Below, one piece after another: positions 10,937 to 24,345 of a DNA stretch of 64,000 nt (position 1 is its first letter; each line of letters begins with the position of its first letter). The stretch lies in the NCBI GenBank assembly GCA_965112155.1, contig OZ218107.1. The stretch is one strand, 5' to 3'. The notes below the pieces were generated by a model, which saw nothing but the letters and a program-made list of their open reading frames with translations, had not been told where the DNA came from and did no database searches. A program made the position numbers and the translations under genes. The stretch is from Podarcis liolepis (taxonomy: Eukaryota).

Positions 10937-12352
10937 GTAAGTGAAGATATTCCTTGTCTTCCTCAACCCTTTGGTAGCTTTATTTCAAGCATTTTAATCC
11001 TGCCTTTCCTTCAAGATGGCTAACAACAACATTAAAAATCAATACAATAGAGAATTTCAAGTACAACAAAAATAAAATAGCAAGTTAAAATATCAGTCCC
11101 AATTGCCCACATAACTTTTTAGCAAAATTAAACCTCTAAAGTCCTAGAGCCTTCATAAAAAGAAGAGTTTCCCTTGGCAGGGAGTTCCAGAGGCTGGACA
11201 CAGAACCTGAGAAGGTCTCATGGACCCAACAAGATGCACTTCAGGGGTCAGAGCATCCACTTGATGCTCACTTAGCGATTAGGAAATAAATCTTACTAAT
11301 TTCAGAAGATCCTATAGCTAAGTGATACGTTAAGAACTGTTGTTATTACATGCTGTTTTTTCACTAAGCCACAGAAATTAACTTGAGGTAGTCTATTGAC
11401 CAGATCAGTTCCATTTGGGTACTGACAATATTCCTTTATCAGGAACATAATCCTAATGTTACTCTGCCTTTAAGGTGGAATTTTGAATCTTTGGTCATTT
11501 TTATAATAAGAAATTAGGCAAGTATAGAAGTCCTTGCCTATCAGTAACCGCCTGGTAACTTGCGCTGACAAGGTGCAATTAGGAGGCCCAGATCTCTGTA
11601 CATCCTTGAAATATGGAAGACATTAACTTGCAGCCAAACACTTGGAGTTTTCCCCATTATCCTAAAATGGAAACCAAGCCACTATATGAGCCTGATACTT
11701 GAAGTCTCAACATCTGTTTGCTTTTCCCCCATAATTAAAGCTGCCTGGATTTATTGGGATCATTGCTTGAGAATTGGGGTGGGGGTGGGGATGTTGTATT
11801 GTGCATGCTATTTGATTTCCCTTTCCTAATCATTCCCAATACTGTTTGCCTTTTTTCTATGCTGCTGCATGCAGTGTTTTTAGTGAGCTATACACAGATA
11901 ACTTTTTCCTAAGTAGTCCGTTCAGGAACTATCTTGCTAGTATGGTGAATAGTTTAAGATGTTGGAGATAGATCTTAAAAGAGCTCTAGTGCCCTGCTAG
12001 GGACATCCTGACAAGCATATGGCCAAAAAGTACTGGAATCATGTTTCTAGATGAATTCCATTTTCTTCATTTAGGCGATATATATGCCTGATGCTACCCT
12101 CTTTTCTTGGGGAGAACATTATGTAGATATTAATTACTAGCTTTATTGAAAACTGTTAGCAGGTTAGTCCAGGCAAGTCTACAGCATTCAGTTGGTAGAT
12201 TAATAGGCAGAAGTTTTAGATTAACATCAAGGGCAAAAGCATGCAAATTTTAATCAGTGGGCCTCAAGGTAAAGCTATACCTATTTATATTAGGCGATTT
12301 TGGTGTTGATGTTTACTGTAATAGTATGCTGAGAGTTCTTTGTTTTATACAG

Positions 12353-12503
12353 GGTTACCAGCCACAAGACTTGGTACATTCTTAGAGAACAGAGTGAATG
12401 AGTTCCTGAGAAGACAGAATCACCCTGAGTCAGGCGAAGTCATAGTTAGGGTGGTTCATACTTCAGAGAAAACTGTAGAGGTAAAGCCAGGGATGAAAGC
12501 AAG
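12353..12503 (+). CDS. EP300: EP300 exon 24 equivalent, HAT domain
   Basis: acag|GG TTA CCA...GCA AG|gtatgt; LPATRLGTFLENRVNEFLRRQNHPESGEV...VKPGMKAR; 151 nt. Confidence 0.97.
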
Positions 12504-13463
12504 GTATGTTTTTCCTCAAGTCTTTGAGTTATGTTTCCTTATGAATCCTCTAGTTGCACAGTTACTATGTGTGTTAAAGCAATGCATAATATATCATTTT
12601 CGTAATCAAAGAGCACTTGGCAATATCTTTGCCATCAATCGTATCTCGCATTTATGAGTTTCAAACTGTTATTTCTATGACTTTCCCATTATAACAGGTT
12701 TTTTTTTAAAGTAAGGTGAATTAATTCAAAAATGTTGATCATAGGGATTAAATAGAGTATTGGCTTTTCATAATTTATAGCTAAAAAATAAAATTTAAGG
12801 AGTAAAACATAATATTTCAGTAGGCTGTAGATACCCTGAACTGCTAAGTTTTCATTTGCAGGCTAAGGTGGTCAGATCTCTTCTAATGTTAAGATATTTC
12901 CTCGCTTCCCCACACTCCCCATGGAATGTCATAATGTGAAGTGTTTTTAATGCTGCTATTATAGTATGAATGATTATAACAATTAGGACATTCACTGTTG
13001 GTTGCATATGTTGTTACTTAGATTTCATACAATGAATTGTAAGGGTTAGGAGAAAAGGTATGTGGGAGATGTTGGGAAAGACTAGAAAATGAAGGGTAGT
13101 AAATTAATCACGTTAAGGAGACTGAACAGGCATCTCTTATTGTTAAATTCTAATCGGAGATGGCTCTAATTCTCTCCATAGTTACGGGTGTGCTCATTTA
13201 GGTTTTGTGTAGTTTATTAATTTGACACGCGGTTATGCTATCAAGACATTTAAAGCTGTTTTCATCATTAAGGTTAAACTACAACAGAACAAGGCAGTTA
13301 AAACAAATCCATTATAAAATAAATAGCAGTAGTTACAATTTTTTATTTGGGTACAATATCTGCATTTTTGAAACTGTACCACATGACTAGAATTTCTGTT
13401 ACCTTCGTTCTGTTGTGCTTGTCTTCAAAGAATGCCTTTAAATTATGTCTTTACATTTTGCAG

Positions 13464-13610
13464 GTTTGTAGATAGTGGAGAGATGGCAGAACAGTTCCCT
13501 TATCGAACAAAAGCCCTCTTTGCTTTTGAGGAGATTGATGGTGTCGATTTGTGCTTTTTTGGTATGCATGTTCAGGAGTATGGATCAGATTGCCCTCAAC
13601 CCAATCAGAG
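13464..13610 (+). CDS. EP300: EP300 exon 25 equivalent, HAT domain
   Basis: tgcag|G TTT GTA GAT...CAG AG|gtaaag; [49 protein letters not shown]; 147 nt. Confidence 0.97.
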
Positions 13611-14368
13611 GTAAAGAACTACACTGATGAAGTTTTATTATTTTGATGGTAGTTATGTTTGGATTGTTGCTAGATATGCCATTTTGAAGGTTTAAGAGAG
13701 GTTAAATTATTTGCCCCAAAGCAAACTGCAAGATTCGTTGTAAATGTCTACAGTTACCCTCTACTCCTGCTCCATCTCTGACTTTCCTTTCTGATGGTTG
13801 ATTTCCCCCCCCCCCCAAATGTGTTTACTTCATAGAAGCAACTGGAATGTTTTTATCTTTAAGCTTTTATGGTTTTTGGCTAGCTTTGCTAGCCAGGCCA
13901 AAAATTGTGGTTGCCAGGTTCGCTCTTCCCACCCTGTCCCATCCCCTCGTGGCTTGATGGAGGCAATCGCCTCCACTCAGCAGCAAAAGAAGTCCCGTGG
14001 GAAAGGCAGGCCAGGACCATTCTGGCTTCACCAGTGCTCAACAAAGGAGCTCAAAGTAATGGCCAAAGACTGCCCCCCTTCTATGGGAGAGAGGGAGTGT
14101 CACCACTGAGCAGACGCTGAAGAAGCCCCTAAAGCAGATCGGTGTTGGTTTTGAGCCCATATGTTCAAAGTGGGGGCTTTGAGCAATGAAGATGCTAACC
14201 AACCCACACCTTCTTCCTAACCTTAGAACTGGGGAGAGGGCAGGGATCATCAGAATGCTTCCAGGGGACAATCTCCACCCATCTTTGGAGCATCAGAGTT
14301 GGGCAGAAGACTCCCCATGGCACTCCCCATGGCAAGCATAATTGTTGAAGCTTGCTTATCTTTTATAT

Positions 14369-14369
<1 letters not shown>

Positions 14370-14417
<48 letters not shown>
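14370..14417. repeat. (AAT)n microsatellite
   Basis: About 15 perfect AAT units. Confidence 0.95.
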
Positions 14418-15751
14418 GGTTTCCCCCTTAAATTCAGTATTTTCTACAGAATTAAATGAATAAGCTCATCTGCTCATATTGGTCTTCTACTTGGGGATGG
14501 ATTGTTAAACTATTGCAATAATTGTTGGGAGATGTATCCTCAGACCATTGTGCTAGCCACATAATGTGCCCATATCTCTTGAATGGGGGAAAGTAGCCTA
14601 TGAGTGACCTATTTATAGAGGTCAAGTAATGCCTAAAGTCTTAATGCAAGCTAAGTACTCGGTATTTGAGAGATGTTAATACTTCTTAGAAGTGGCACCA
14701 TGTAAACCCAGTACCACATTTTTCTCTCCTGACATTATTTCTATTTATTATGCTGCATTGTTAATGAGACTATATATGTTTGTTACTGTAATAGACTTGC
14801 CTTACAAAACACTTGAGAACATCCAACGTTTGAGGCTTGCATGCCAGAGAGATGTCTAGCCCAACAAGTTTGCAGGACTGGTTTAAATATCAACTGTGAC
14901 TTGATACTATAAGTACAAACCTTCAAGGAGCTTTTGACTTGCATGTGCACTTTTTGCCCTACATTGCACAGGACAGTTCCCTCTCTGATCTGAGGCAAGT
15001 CAGAGTTAGTCATTTGTCTGAACTGTCAAACTATGGTTAGTACTTCACCTGCGAGCCAGTGTTGGAAACAAAAGTTTTATCCCGTTTTCTGGCCAAAGAC
15101 AAATCCTAGTTTTCCAGTTCACATAAAATCACAGCATGCAAGCCTAAAGCTTCTTGAAGGTTCATTCTAGTAGCACCAAACCTTGTGACTGAACCTTTCT
15201 GACATTAAAACTGTCATGGACACCCCAAGATATTCGTTTCAGAGAAGAAGAAAATAGTGATGCTCATAATACCCCCTCCCAACAGACAAAACACCTATAC
15301 ATCTCTGATAACAAATATTATATTAAAAAAGCAGTTAACATACCCTCTAAAATAGGCAATCTTCCCCAGAACAAATACAAGACAAGTAAGCCCCCCCAAA
15401 AGCTCATTTAAAAAAACAGAACTGAATGGCAAGGGGTATTGGTGGCCACTAAGGGGGTGTCTGAGGACACCATGGTGCCCACAGGTGCCATGTTGGTGAC
15501 CCAAAGTATAGAATATTACATGGCAAATAGAGAAAAAGTTTGGGCAGGGAAATGACAATGTAATTGAGATAGCTATGTAAACAAAACAAAAATGTGAAGG
15601 AAGACAAATTACTCAAATGTTGAAAGTACCTCAATTCAAACACCAACAGACATTTTTCCTTAGTAATGGGGGGGAAATGGAATGGTGAGGTATTTGAATA
15701 ATGTTTCTTGTTATGGCCTGGATTTATGAATGTTCTCTGTTCTTTATCTAG

Positions 15752-15865
15752 GAGAGTATACATATCTTACCTTGACAGTGTTCACTTCTTCCGCCCCAAA
15801 TGCCTGAGGACTGCTGTATATCATGAAATCCTAATAGGATACCTCGAATATGTTAAAAAGTTGGG
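15752..15865 (+). CDS. EP300: EP300 exon 26 equivalent, HAT domain
   Basis: tctag|G AGA GTA TAC...TTG GG|gtaag; [38 protein letters not shown]; 114 nt. Confidence 0.97.
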
Positions 15866-17792
15866 GTAAGCTTTCTGTTCTTCTGCAATAAACTCCATAC
15901 TATCCCAAATGATTGAAAATGATAGATCTTCAGAAGTAAATTGTGGGTATAGATGTGCCCACAATTAGTAATTAACCTTAATGAGCAAGAATATACAGTT
16001 AGGTTGCTTGTGGCAACTGTACAGTACATTTTGAGTCCCTTCAATGTATGGGCAGAAGTCAGTATATAGAGAAGATCAGCTTCAGCCTGATCTGAGTGGT
16101 TTTAAAGGAGAACAATTCCTGCAATGCTGACTTACAAAAATAAAGATAGTCTTAAATGTTGTTGTCTTTTATTGTATTGATCAGTGATGTGACAGTCTCT
16201 TGTAATTGCTGTCAAATAACCCATGTATGGTGTAAAACTTCTTTTCCATCTCTACCTTTTCCCTGAATTATTTTCTTTAATGTCTCTTTTTTAAAGTTTG
16301 TATATCTGAGGGCAGAGCCTTTGTCTCATTTTATGTAGTGATAGTCACCAGCACTGAGTAGAAATTTTGATGCATGAGGTGCTTCAGGAGATAATGTGTC
16401 TGGAGGGGGGGGGGGGAGAAAAGTAACCAGGGTGGATTGATTGAAAATAAATAAAACCAGCATGATGTGAGAGGTCTCATTTAAGTAGATTAACCTGAAT
16501 TAATTTAACCAAATTGTAGACAAAACTAAGTATATGACAAAGTGAAATAAGCCAGAGGAAGTGGGGTGGATTTGAAGAAAATGTAGAATAATTAGTGATA
16601 TGCTTATAAAAAGAGGTCCCACAAATATCTCTGATGTGAAAAAGGTGTCTGATTATACAAATTTTGAAATCTAAGCAAAGGGACAGTTTAGGATCTGTAT
16701 CAATGGGGTTTTGATGTTTCTCTCTGCTTTTTTTAATCATAGTTGCTACATAATTCTTGCCTGGGTAAAGTAACCCTTTTCTCTACTTAAATGTTCTTTG
16801 CTATCAAATGAAGCAGATAGAAGTTGGCTACCCAAAATAAACTGTCACAGATTTATAAGCTGCTGACCGCCACATATTGGTTGTTGAGAAGATAAGCTGT
16901 AGAAGACTGAGGAAAGGGTGCATTCTGCCATTAAATTGTAACCATAATGGTACAAATGGGCACACAAGCAAAAGCTAAAGTGGAAATTGGCTGATAAAGC
17001 AGCAGGAAATATTGGTCAAGTTGCTTCAAGGGGAAGAAGCATAAGTGGTAGATTCTGAACAACTTGACTTCAGGACCTAGCATTTCCTTGAGCACCCCAG
17101 AATCTCCTCCCATCTGGGGGAGTCATAAGTGTTGAAAGGGAGTGGTGCTGGCAGTGATTACCAGATAGTTCAGGTGCAATTGGTCTGCCTTACAAGGCTG
17201 TTGTGCAGCAGTTGCACAAGGAATTATAGATAAATGGAAGGGACAAAGAACTACCCAGCATCTGGTTGGGGAGGGTATATAGGGCAAAATAGTTTAGAAA
17301 GAATGGTGAGCATTCTAAATCTGACCTATTTTTCCATCCCCAAAGAAAAGGAGCCTAAATTCAATAAGACAGTATTAATAAAACCATTAAAAACTCAGAT
17401 TTCTCCCAGCTTTGCAAGTATTATTGAGCATAGCCTGTAACAGTTTTCAAACAGAGATTGGGTGGGTTGAGTTGGACAATAAGCTCTTTCCATTGGCTAC
17501 TGCATCAGGCTTCTGAATCCCTTAGAATAGTTTAAAGGTATATGAATCAGTTCTGCTTCTGAAACTAAGCAGTTTTGGGTCTGACCAGTTAACTTGGATG
17601 GAGAGGTCTTCTGCATCATTTATACATTGCTCCTTAGATGCAATATTTCTAGGCTGACCTTGGCTGTGCTTGGATGTTGTAAAAGAAACTCTTGCTCCTG
17701 AAAAGATGGATAAATGAAGTGGGCAACACAGTGAAACACTATAATGAATAACAGAACTAATGGTATTGACTTTTTCCTTTAATTCCTATTAG

Positions 17793-17958
17793 GTATACAA
17801 CGGGACATATATGGGCTTGCCCACCTAGTGAAGGTGATGATTATATTTTCCATTGCCATCCTCCTGACCAAAAGATACCCAAACCCAAACGACTGCAAGA
17901 GTGGTACAAAAAGATGCTGGATAAATCTGTGTCAGAGCGCATAGTGCATGATTACAAG
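17793..17958 (+). CDS. EP300: EP300 exon 27 equivalent, HAT catalytic core
   Basis: attag|G TAT ACA ACG...TAC AAG|gttggt; YTTGHIWACPPSEGDDYIFHCHPPDQKIPKPKRLQEWYKKMLDK with the catalytic W (HIWAC) and Y (EWYKK) intact; 166 nt. Confidence 0.98.
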
Positions 17959-18214
17959 GTTGGTTGTGAATTAGTTTAAATATCACCTTTTGTTCTTGCC
18001 CCTTACATATACTGGAACAGGAATTTATTTTGAGAAAAATGTCGAAATATAGTAGAATATTGCTTAGCTAACAGTACTTAAAAGGTAATGTCCAAGAAAC
18101 ATTTGGATCTTATGAAGCATTTCAGATTTGGTGGGTAGAAAAAAACTTGCACCGTAAACACCAGCACTATTTTTTAAAAGAATCCTGGAAGAAAAACAAC
18201 TTTGAAGAATTAAA

Positions 18215-18262
18215 GTGTCCCAGCATGGCTGGGGCAACCCAGTCAGATGGGCATGGTACAAA

Positions 18263-18317
<55 letters not shown>

Positions 18318-18318
18318 T
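18215..18318 (+). mobile_element. Short 3' end of an L2-type LINE with an (ATT)n tail
   Basis: TGGCTGGGGCAACCCAGTCAGATGGGC is shared with the copies at about 52330 (+) and 50180 (-), followed by about 18 ATT units. Confidence 0.75.
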
Positions 18319-18393
18319 ATATTCTGCATGAGAATTTTTGCTTTTGCTGCTGTCATCAATGTGATGTGTACTGAGAAACATTTTGTGTTGCAG

Positions 18394-18558
18394 GATATTT
18401 TTAAGCAGGCAACAGAAGACCGTCTGACAAGTGCAAAAGAGCTGCCTTACTTTGAAGGGGACTTCTGGCCTAATGTTTTAGAAGAGAGCATTAAGGAGCT
18501 AGAGCAAGAGGAAGAGGAGCGAAAGAGAGAAGAGAACACTAGCAATGAGAGCACTGAT
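18394..18558 (+). CDS. EP300: EP300 exon 28 equivalent
   Basis: tgcag|GAT ATT TTT...ACT GAT|gtaagg; DIFKQATEDRLTSAKELPYFEGDFWPNVLEES...NESTD; 165 nt. Confidence 0.97.
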
Positions 18559-18978
18559 GTAAGGAAGTCATGTTTTCCCAACAAATGTCATTCATCACTT
18601 TCTTTCCTAAAATCTACAAATGGCATATTAAACTGGACCCAGGATTCAGGAATCCCCTCTAGAATTAGTTATTAATTTCTAATAGGTTTGTTGGTGGAAA
18701 GGAATAAGGAACCAACCCCCAGCATTTTGTTTTCATTCAGGAATTACTTCTTAAAATTGCCTGAAGAACATTCTAGCTGCCATAGTTTTTGCCTCTTGTG
18801 TGAATAAGATCAAGACATGAATATGTGCCTTACCTGGCTTAAGTTGCCACCTTTGCTTTTGGGACTGATGGATAATTGATGTGTTGTAATGACTTCTTGG
18901 TGGTTGCATGTTTACTCTTGGGAACCAAATGTGTCTTGCCATTTTCAAATTAGACTCAATTCTCCATTCACATTGCAG

Positions 18979-19140
18979 GTCAGCAAAGGAGATAGCAAAA
19001 ACGCCAAAAAGAAAAATAATAAGAAGACCAGTAAAAATAAGAGCAGCTTGAGTCGTGGTAATAAAAAGAAACCTGGAATGCCTAATGTCTCCAACGACCT
19101 TTCCCAGAAACTGTATGCCACTATGGAAAAGCATAAGGAG
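18979..19140 (+). CDS. EP300: EP300 exon 29 equivalent, lysine-rich autoinhibitory loop
   Basis: tgcag|GTC AGC AAA...AAG GAG|gtaaga; VSKGDSKNAKKKNNKKTSKNKSSLSRGNKKKPG...EKHKE; 162 nt. Confidence 0.97.
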
Positions 19141-20414
19141 GTAAGAACAACATTTAAAGTGTCTGAATGGCTGCAGCATCTAAGTGCAAGTGAAATATAT
19201 CCTTGGACTGTAGAAGTAGGGGGTTTATTACTTCCATGTTGACTGAGGGAACTTTATGACCAAATAATAATCTTCTTTTCATTTGCCACACAAGTTAGAC
19301 GCTTGGTTAATTTAATCCAGTGGTCTGAGGCTTCTGACGGAATGTATTGAAATGAGCGGCAGGCTGCACACATACATTCTCTGTGGAACATTGTGGAAAG
19401 TAGTTGCATACATGTTTCTATTTGTGTTAAAAAGGTTTTTTAAAATCTTATTTCTCCTGGGTATTTAGATAATATACAAAAACAGAATCTTTTCGTATCT
19501 AATAAACCTATATAGATATTTTAAGGGCTGTATTGTAAATTGGAAAGTTGAGCATTTTTGCCAAATTCTAAGGCATACTGTAAACCTATGAGCATGTTAT
19601 AAAGCACATGTGAGAGTAAGGGGAAACTGTGAAAGAAAACAAGTGATTTTTTTTCTAGAAAAATAGGCACCAGTACTCACCATGAAGTTGTTACAGTAAG
19701 TGCCACACTTTTTAACAACAACAAAAGAGGTGCTGGTACTGCATACCCTTGAGGACCCCCTGGAAAAAAAACACTGAAGAAAATGGGACATGCAGTCAGG
19801 CTGACATTGTTGAGGCACCATTGTGGCCAAGTGATTTTGGGTTGGTTTTGTTGTGGTAAATGAAGTTAAACATACAAATTGGAGCATTATAAACCAAATA
19901 ATCTGAATTTGCTTTGTATAACACAAAGTATTATAACTAGGTGTTTTACTATTTCAGGTATCTTTTAGGGCAGGGGTGGAAAACGTTCTAGCCCAGAGAG
20001 CCAAATTGTTATCTCTCCAACTCCTTGTAGGCCAAGTTTGACAGCTAGTTGACAGCTGCTGGGCCTGGCCCCTGATATGTACAGCAGGGTGGGGCCCAGA
20101 GACACTGAGAATAAGGTTGATGGCACTTGTTGCCTAATGCCCAGCTCTTTTCTCTTTTCTTTGGGCCAAGGAAGTACAGGGGGGCTAGAGTTGGCACTGC
20201 TGCTGCTGCTGTTGCTGCTGTTGCTGCTCCCATCCTGCAATAAACTTGACAAAATACAGAACAGTTGTGGCTTGTTCCTGATGTTCGGAGCATGTTGACT
20301 ACTTCAGACTCCACAATGAGACTGAAAGACAGAGAACAGAAGGCATTGTATAGTTAAGGGTGATGAATCAAACCTCTTGGAATAAAGCCTAAAATCCACT
20401 ACTCTTTTTTTCAG

Positions 20415-20696
20415 GTATTCTTTGTGATTCGCCTCATTGCTGGTCCTCAAGCCAATTCCCTGCCTCCCATCATTGAACCTGACCCACTCATTCCGTGCGA
20501 CTTAATGGATGGGCGTGATGCCTTCCTCACCCTTGCTAGAGACAAGCACCTTGAGTTTTCCTCACTACGAAGGGCAATGTGGTCAACCATGTGCATGCTG
20601 GTAGAGCTTCATACTCAGAGCCAGGATCGTTTTGTTTATACCTGCAATGAGTGCAAACACCACGTGGAAACAAGGTGGCACTGCACAGTCTGTGAG
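20415..20696 (+). CDS. EP300: EP300 exon 30 equivalent, HAT end and ZZ finger
   Basis: ttcag|GTA TTC TTT...TGT GAG|gtatgt; VFFVIRLIAGP...YTCNECKHHVETRWHCTVCE; 282 nt. Confidence 0.97.
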
Positions 20697-22104
20697 GTAT
20701 GTCTCGCCACTGGTGAAATAATTTGTTATACAAATATTCAGAAGTTTATATCATGAAGAGGTTTTTGGAACTGAAGTGGAGGGTTTCATTAGTGTTGTCT
20801 ACTGCAATATTAGGCTTTATTTTAGGACATTTTAAAAGTAAATATTCCTTGCTATCCTACTCCAGTGTCTTGATATTTATGTTGTGACTACCAAAATACT
20901 TTATAGCTTACGCTTCCATTTTAACATTGCTCTGCTTCAGAGTAAAGAGCTTTCTTAGGATATTACAGCCAAAAAAAGTGACGAAAATGTATTCTCCTTA
21001 CGGCCCTTTTTTGTTAGGGTCCCTGTTTGCCTGAGGCAGGGATCATCAGCCATTTTGGAACAATGGACACATTTCAAATTTTGAGAGTGTTGTGGGTACC
21101 AGTGACAAAATGGCAGCCATGGGGGCATGTCATAACACAAGATTAGAGAAAGTACAGTAATTGTGAAGTTTCTTATAATTGTATTTCCTGATGAATTTCT
21201 GCCTGCCCATAAAGCTATTAAAGACACAATAGTGCTCCCTCGCCCCATTTTTCAACCCTAGACCAAAGCCTAGGCTGCCTTCCTATACCAACTTACCTGG
21301 GAGTAAAGCCTATTAAACACAAAGGGACTCAAACTTCTGACTCTGCCATTCTTAGTAGGTGCTTGTTCTTTAGCTCCTGCAAAGCAGAAGACATACTTAA
21401 GCCACTTTGCAAAGATTTCAGATTTTCCTTTTGGAGACGGGGATTCTTCAACATCTACCCACATTCATTGTGTAGTAGTATTTGAGAAAATAACTTTTAG
21501 GGATTACGTGATCTCAGATGAATTCACCATAGGAAAGATGCATTGTGGTTGCTAGGGAAAAAGAAATGGCAAATTACAGAGATTCCAAGGACTACTAGAA
21601 AATAAGCATGAAGAGTGCTCTGAGGGAGGGGGGAAACAACAGCTCTTCAGAACCCAAGTAGTTCTTGTTACCTAACTTACTAATCACAGCTGGCTTCACT
21701 TATTGGCTAAAAAATAAAAACATAAATAAATATATGAAAACTTAGGACCTTTTTATGGGGCTATCAGTCACTGGTTGGTGACTCCTGGCCTCTTTCAAGT
21801 CTGCATCTGTCTGAGATGGGAGCAACCTTTCACTTTTGTTGCTCACCATATCAGTCTTGCTGTTCTTCCCCTGAGAACTGACACTTGAGCCACTTTGGCT
21901 GATAGTCATTGCATAGTTTTCAGTGAATGCTTGTTTATGCCTTTCCAAGTTTCATGATTTTTTTTTCTTGGACAGGTCATCATTAGCATTTTGAGATTGC
22001 ATTGTTAATTAAGACTATCTTTTATCAGCTATTTAATTTTTTAGAGATGTGTGCCTCTGTCAGGGAATAAGGCAAGTTATCTGACTGATCATTTCTGTTT
22101 TTAG

Positions 22105-24345
22105 GATTATGACTTATGTATCACCTGCTATAACTCTAAAAACCATGAGCACAAGATGGAGAAACTGGGCCTTGGTATTGACGATGAAAGCAACAACCAA
22201 CAGACAGCCACTACGCAGAGTCCTGGTGATTCACGTCGCCTGAGCATCCAGCGCTGCATCCAGTCTTTGGTCCATGCCTGCCAGTGCCGCAATGCCAACT
22301 GCTCATTGCCGTCTTGTCAGAAGATGAAGAGGGTCGTCCAGCACACCAAAGGTTGCAAGCGCAAAACCAATGGAGGGTGCCCAATTTGCAAGCAGCTCAT
22401 TGCTCTTTGCTGCTACCATGCTAAGCACTGCCAGGAGAACAAGTGCCCAGTGCCCTTTTGCCTCAACATCAAACACAAGCTTCGTCAGCAGCAGCTTCAG
22501 CACCGCCTGCAGCAGGCCCAGATGCTCCGGAGGAGGGTGGCAAGCATGCAGAGGACCGGCATAGTAGGCCAGCAGCAAGGGTTGCCCTCGCCAACACCAG
22601 CCACACCAACAACTCCGACAGGCCAGCAGCCACCAACTCCTCAGACCCCACAGCCGCAGCCTCCACCCCAGCATGCCTCGCAGCCACAACCCGTACCTCC
22701 CAATAACATGCCTCCATATAGCATGTCAAGAACTCAGCCTCCTGGTGCTGTCTCCCAAGGCAAGGCAGGTGGCCAGGTAACTCCTCCAACAACTCCTCAG
22801 GCTACTCAGCCACCTATGCCGGGGCCCCCTGCAGCTGCTGTGGAAATAGCCATGCAGATCCAGCGAGTAGCTGACCACCAGCGGCAGATGGCCCATCCAA
22901 TTTTCCAGAGGCCAATTCAACACCAGATGCCCCAGATGAATCAAATACAGCCTATGAGTGTAACACCCCCTCAGATGGCCAGAGGTCCCGGGGGCCATAT
23001 AGATCAAGGGATGGGACCATCAGGAATTCAGCAGCAGCCCGCATGGGCCCAGGGAGGCTTGCCTCAACCTCAGCAGCTGCAGCCAGGAATGCAGAGACCA
23101 ATGATGTCAATGGGCCAGGCTGGGCAGCAGATGAGTATGTCACCGCAGCAGCCAGGAATGGGTCAGGTCCCTGGCGCTGCTCCGTCAAAGCAAAGCTCTG
23201 TGCCCCAGGCAGCCTTACAAAACCTGCTGCGGACTCTCAGGTCCCCCAGCTCTCCCATGCAGCAGCAGCAGGTGCTTAACATCCTGCACTCCAACCCTCA
23301 GCTGTTAGCTGCTTTCATCAAGCAGAGGGCTGCCAAGTATGTTGGGAACCAGAATCCACAGGGCATGCCGGGACAGCCCGGAATGCCTCAAGGGCAACCA
23401 GGGATGCAGCAGCAGGCCATGCCAGGACAGCAAGGTGTGCATCCCAATCAAGGCATGCAAAATATGAATCCGATGCAAGCAGGCGTCCAGAGGCCCAGCA
23501 TGCCCCAGCAGTCGCCACCCCAGCAGCCACCACCCCAGCAGGCCATGGGCGGGATGAATCCTCAGGCACAGCAAATGAACATGAATCCTGCAGCAACCAT
23601 GTCTCCCCAGTTTCGGGAAATCCTAATGAGACGGCAGCTGATGGAGCAGCAGCGTCAGGGAGCAGGACCAGGGCTGGGGCCTGGCATGGCCAACCATAAT
23701 CAGTTCCAGCAGCCCCAGGGAGTTGGGTACTCTCAGCAGCAGCAGCAGCAGCAGCAACAACAACAACAGCAGCGGATGCAGCATCACATGCAGCAAATGC
23801 AACAAGGGAATATGGGACAAATGAGCCAGCTTCCACAAGCAATGAGTGCAGAGACGGGATCCAGTTTGCAGCAGGTGTTCCAGCAGAGGCTACTTCAGCA
23901 GCAGATGGGATCACCAGCTCAGCCCAATCCTATGAGTCCCCAACAGCACATGCTCCCTAGCCAGGCCCAGTCCCCACACTTACAAGGCCAGCAGATTCCG
24001 TCATCGCTCACCAATCAAGTGCGTTCTCCACAGCCTGTCCCTTCACCACGTCCCCAGTCCCAGCCACCCCACTCCAGTCCGTCCCCTAGGATGCAGCCAC
24101 AACCTTCTCCACATCACGTCTCCCCGCAGACCAGCTCCCCTCATCCAGGACTGGTAGCTGCCCAGGCTAACCCCATGGATCAAGGGCACTTTGCCAGCCC
24201 GGACCAGAGTGCAATGCTTTCTCAGCTTGCTAGCAATCCAGGCATGGCAGGCCTCCATGGTGCAAGTGCCACAGAACTGGGACTCGGCTCAGATAATTCA
24301 GACTTGAATTCAAACCTTTCACAGAGTACACTAGACATACACTAA
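22105..24345 (+). CDS. EP300: EP300 terminal exon coding part (ZZ end, TAZ2, Q/P-rich region, NCBD)
   Basis: tttag|GAT TAT GAC TTA TGT; ends [16 protein letters not shown], the p300-type C-terminus rather than CBP. Confidence 0.98.
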   Translation, partial: DYDLCITCYNSKNHEHKMEKLGLGIDDESNNQQTATTQSPGDSRRLSIQRCIQSLVHACQCRNANCSLPSCQKMKRVVQHTKGCKRKTNGGCPICKQLIALCCYHAKHCQENKCPVPFCLNIKHKLRQQQLQHRLQQAQMLRRRVASMQRTGIVGQQQGLPSPTPATPTTPTGQQPPTPQTPQPQPPPQHASQPQPVPPNNMPPYSMSRTQPPGAVSQGKAGGQVTPPTTPQATQPPMPGPPAAAVEIAMQIQRVADHQRQMAHPIFQRPIQHQMPQMNQIQPMSVTPPQMARGPGGHIDQGMGPSGIQQQPAWAQGGLPQPQQLQPGMQRPMMSMGQAGQQMSMSPQQPGMGQVPGAAPSKQSSVPQAALQNLLRTLRSPSSPMQQQQVLNILHSNPQLLAAFIKQRAAKYVGNQNPQGMPGQPGMPQGQPGMQQQAMPGQQGVHPNQGMQNMNPMQAGVQRPSMPQQSPPQQPPPQQAMGGMNPQAQQMNMNPAATMSPQFREILMRRQLMEQQRQGAGPGLGPGMANHNQFQQPQGVGYSQQQQQQQQQQQQQRMQHHMQQMQQGNMGQMSQLPQAMSAETGSSLQQVFQQRLLQQQMGSPAQPNPMSPQQHMLPSQAQSPHLQGQQIPSSLTNQVRSPQPVPSPRPQSQPPHSSPSPRMQPQPSPHHVSPQTSSPHPGLVAAQANPMDQGHFASPDQSAMLSQLASNPGMAGLHGASATELGLGSDNSDLNSNLSQSTLDIH

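Noticed and set aside
15443-15460. CTCF-like sequence TGGCCACTAAGGGGGTG (and a weaker one at about 41610)
   Set aside because: Extra base or mismatches in the core make these weak matches.
18147-18393. Poly-Ile/poly-Leu ORF resembling a signal peptide
   Set aside because: It is the translation of the (ATT)n tail of a LINE fragment.
22303-24258. Multiple antisense and alternate-frame ORFs over EP300 exon 31
   Set aside because: Expected shadows of a long GC- and CAG-rich coding exon.
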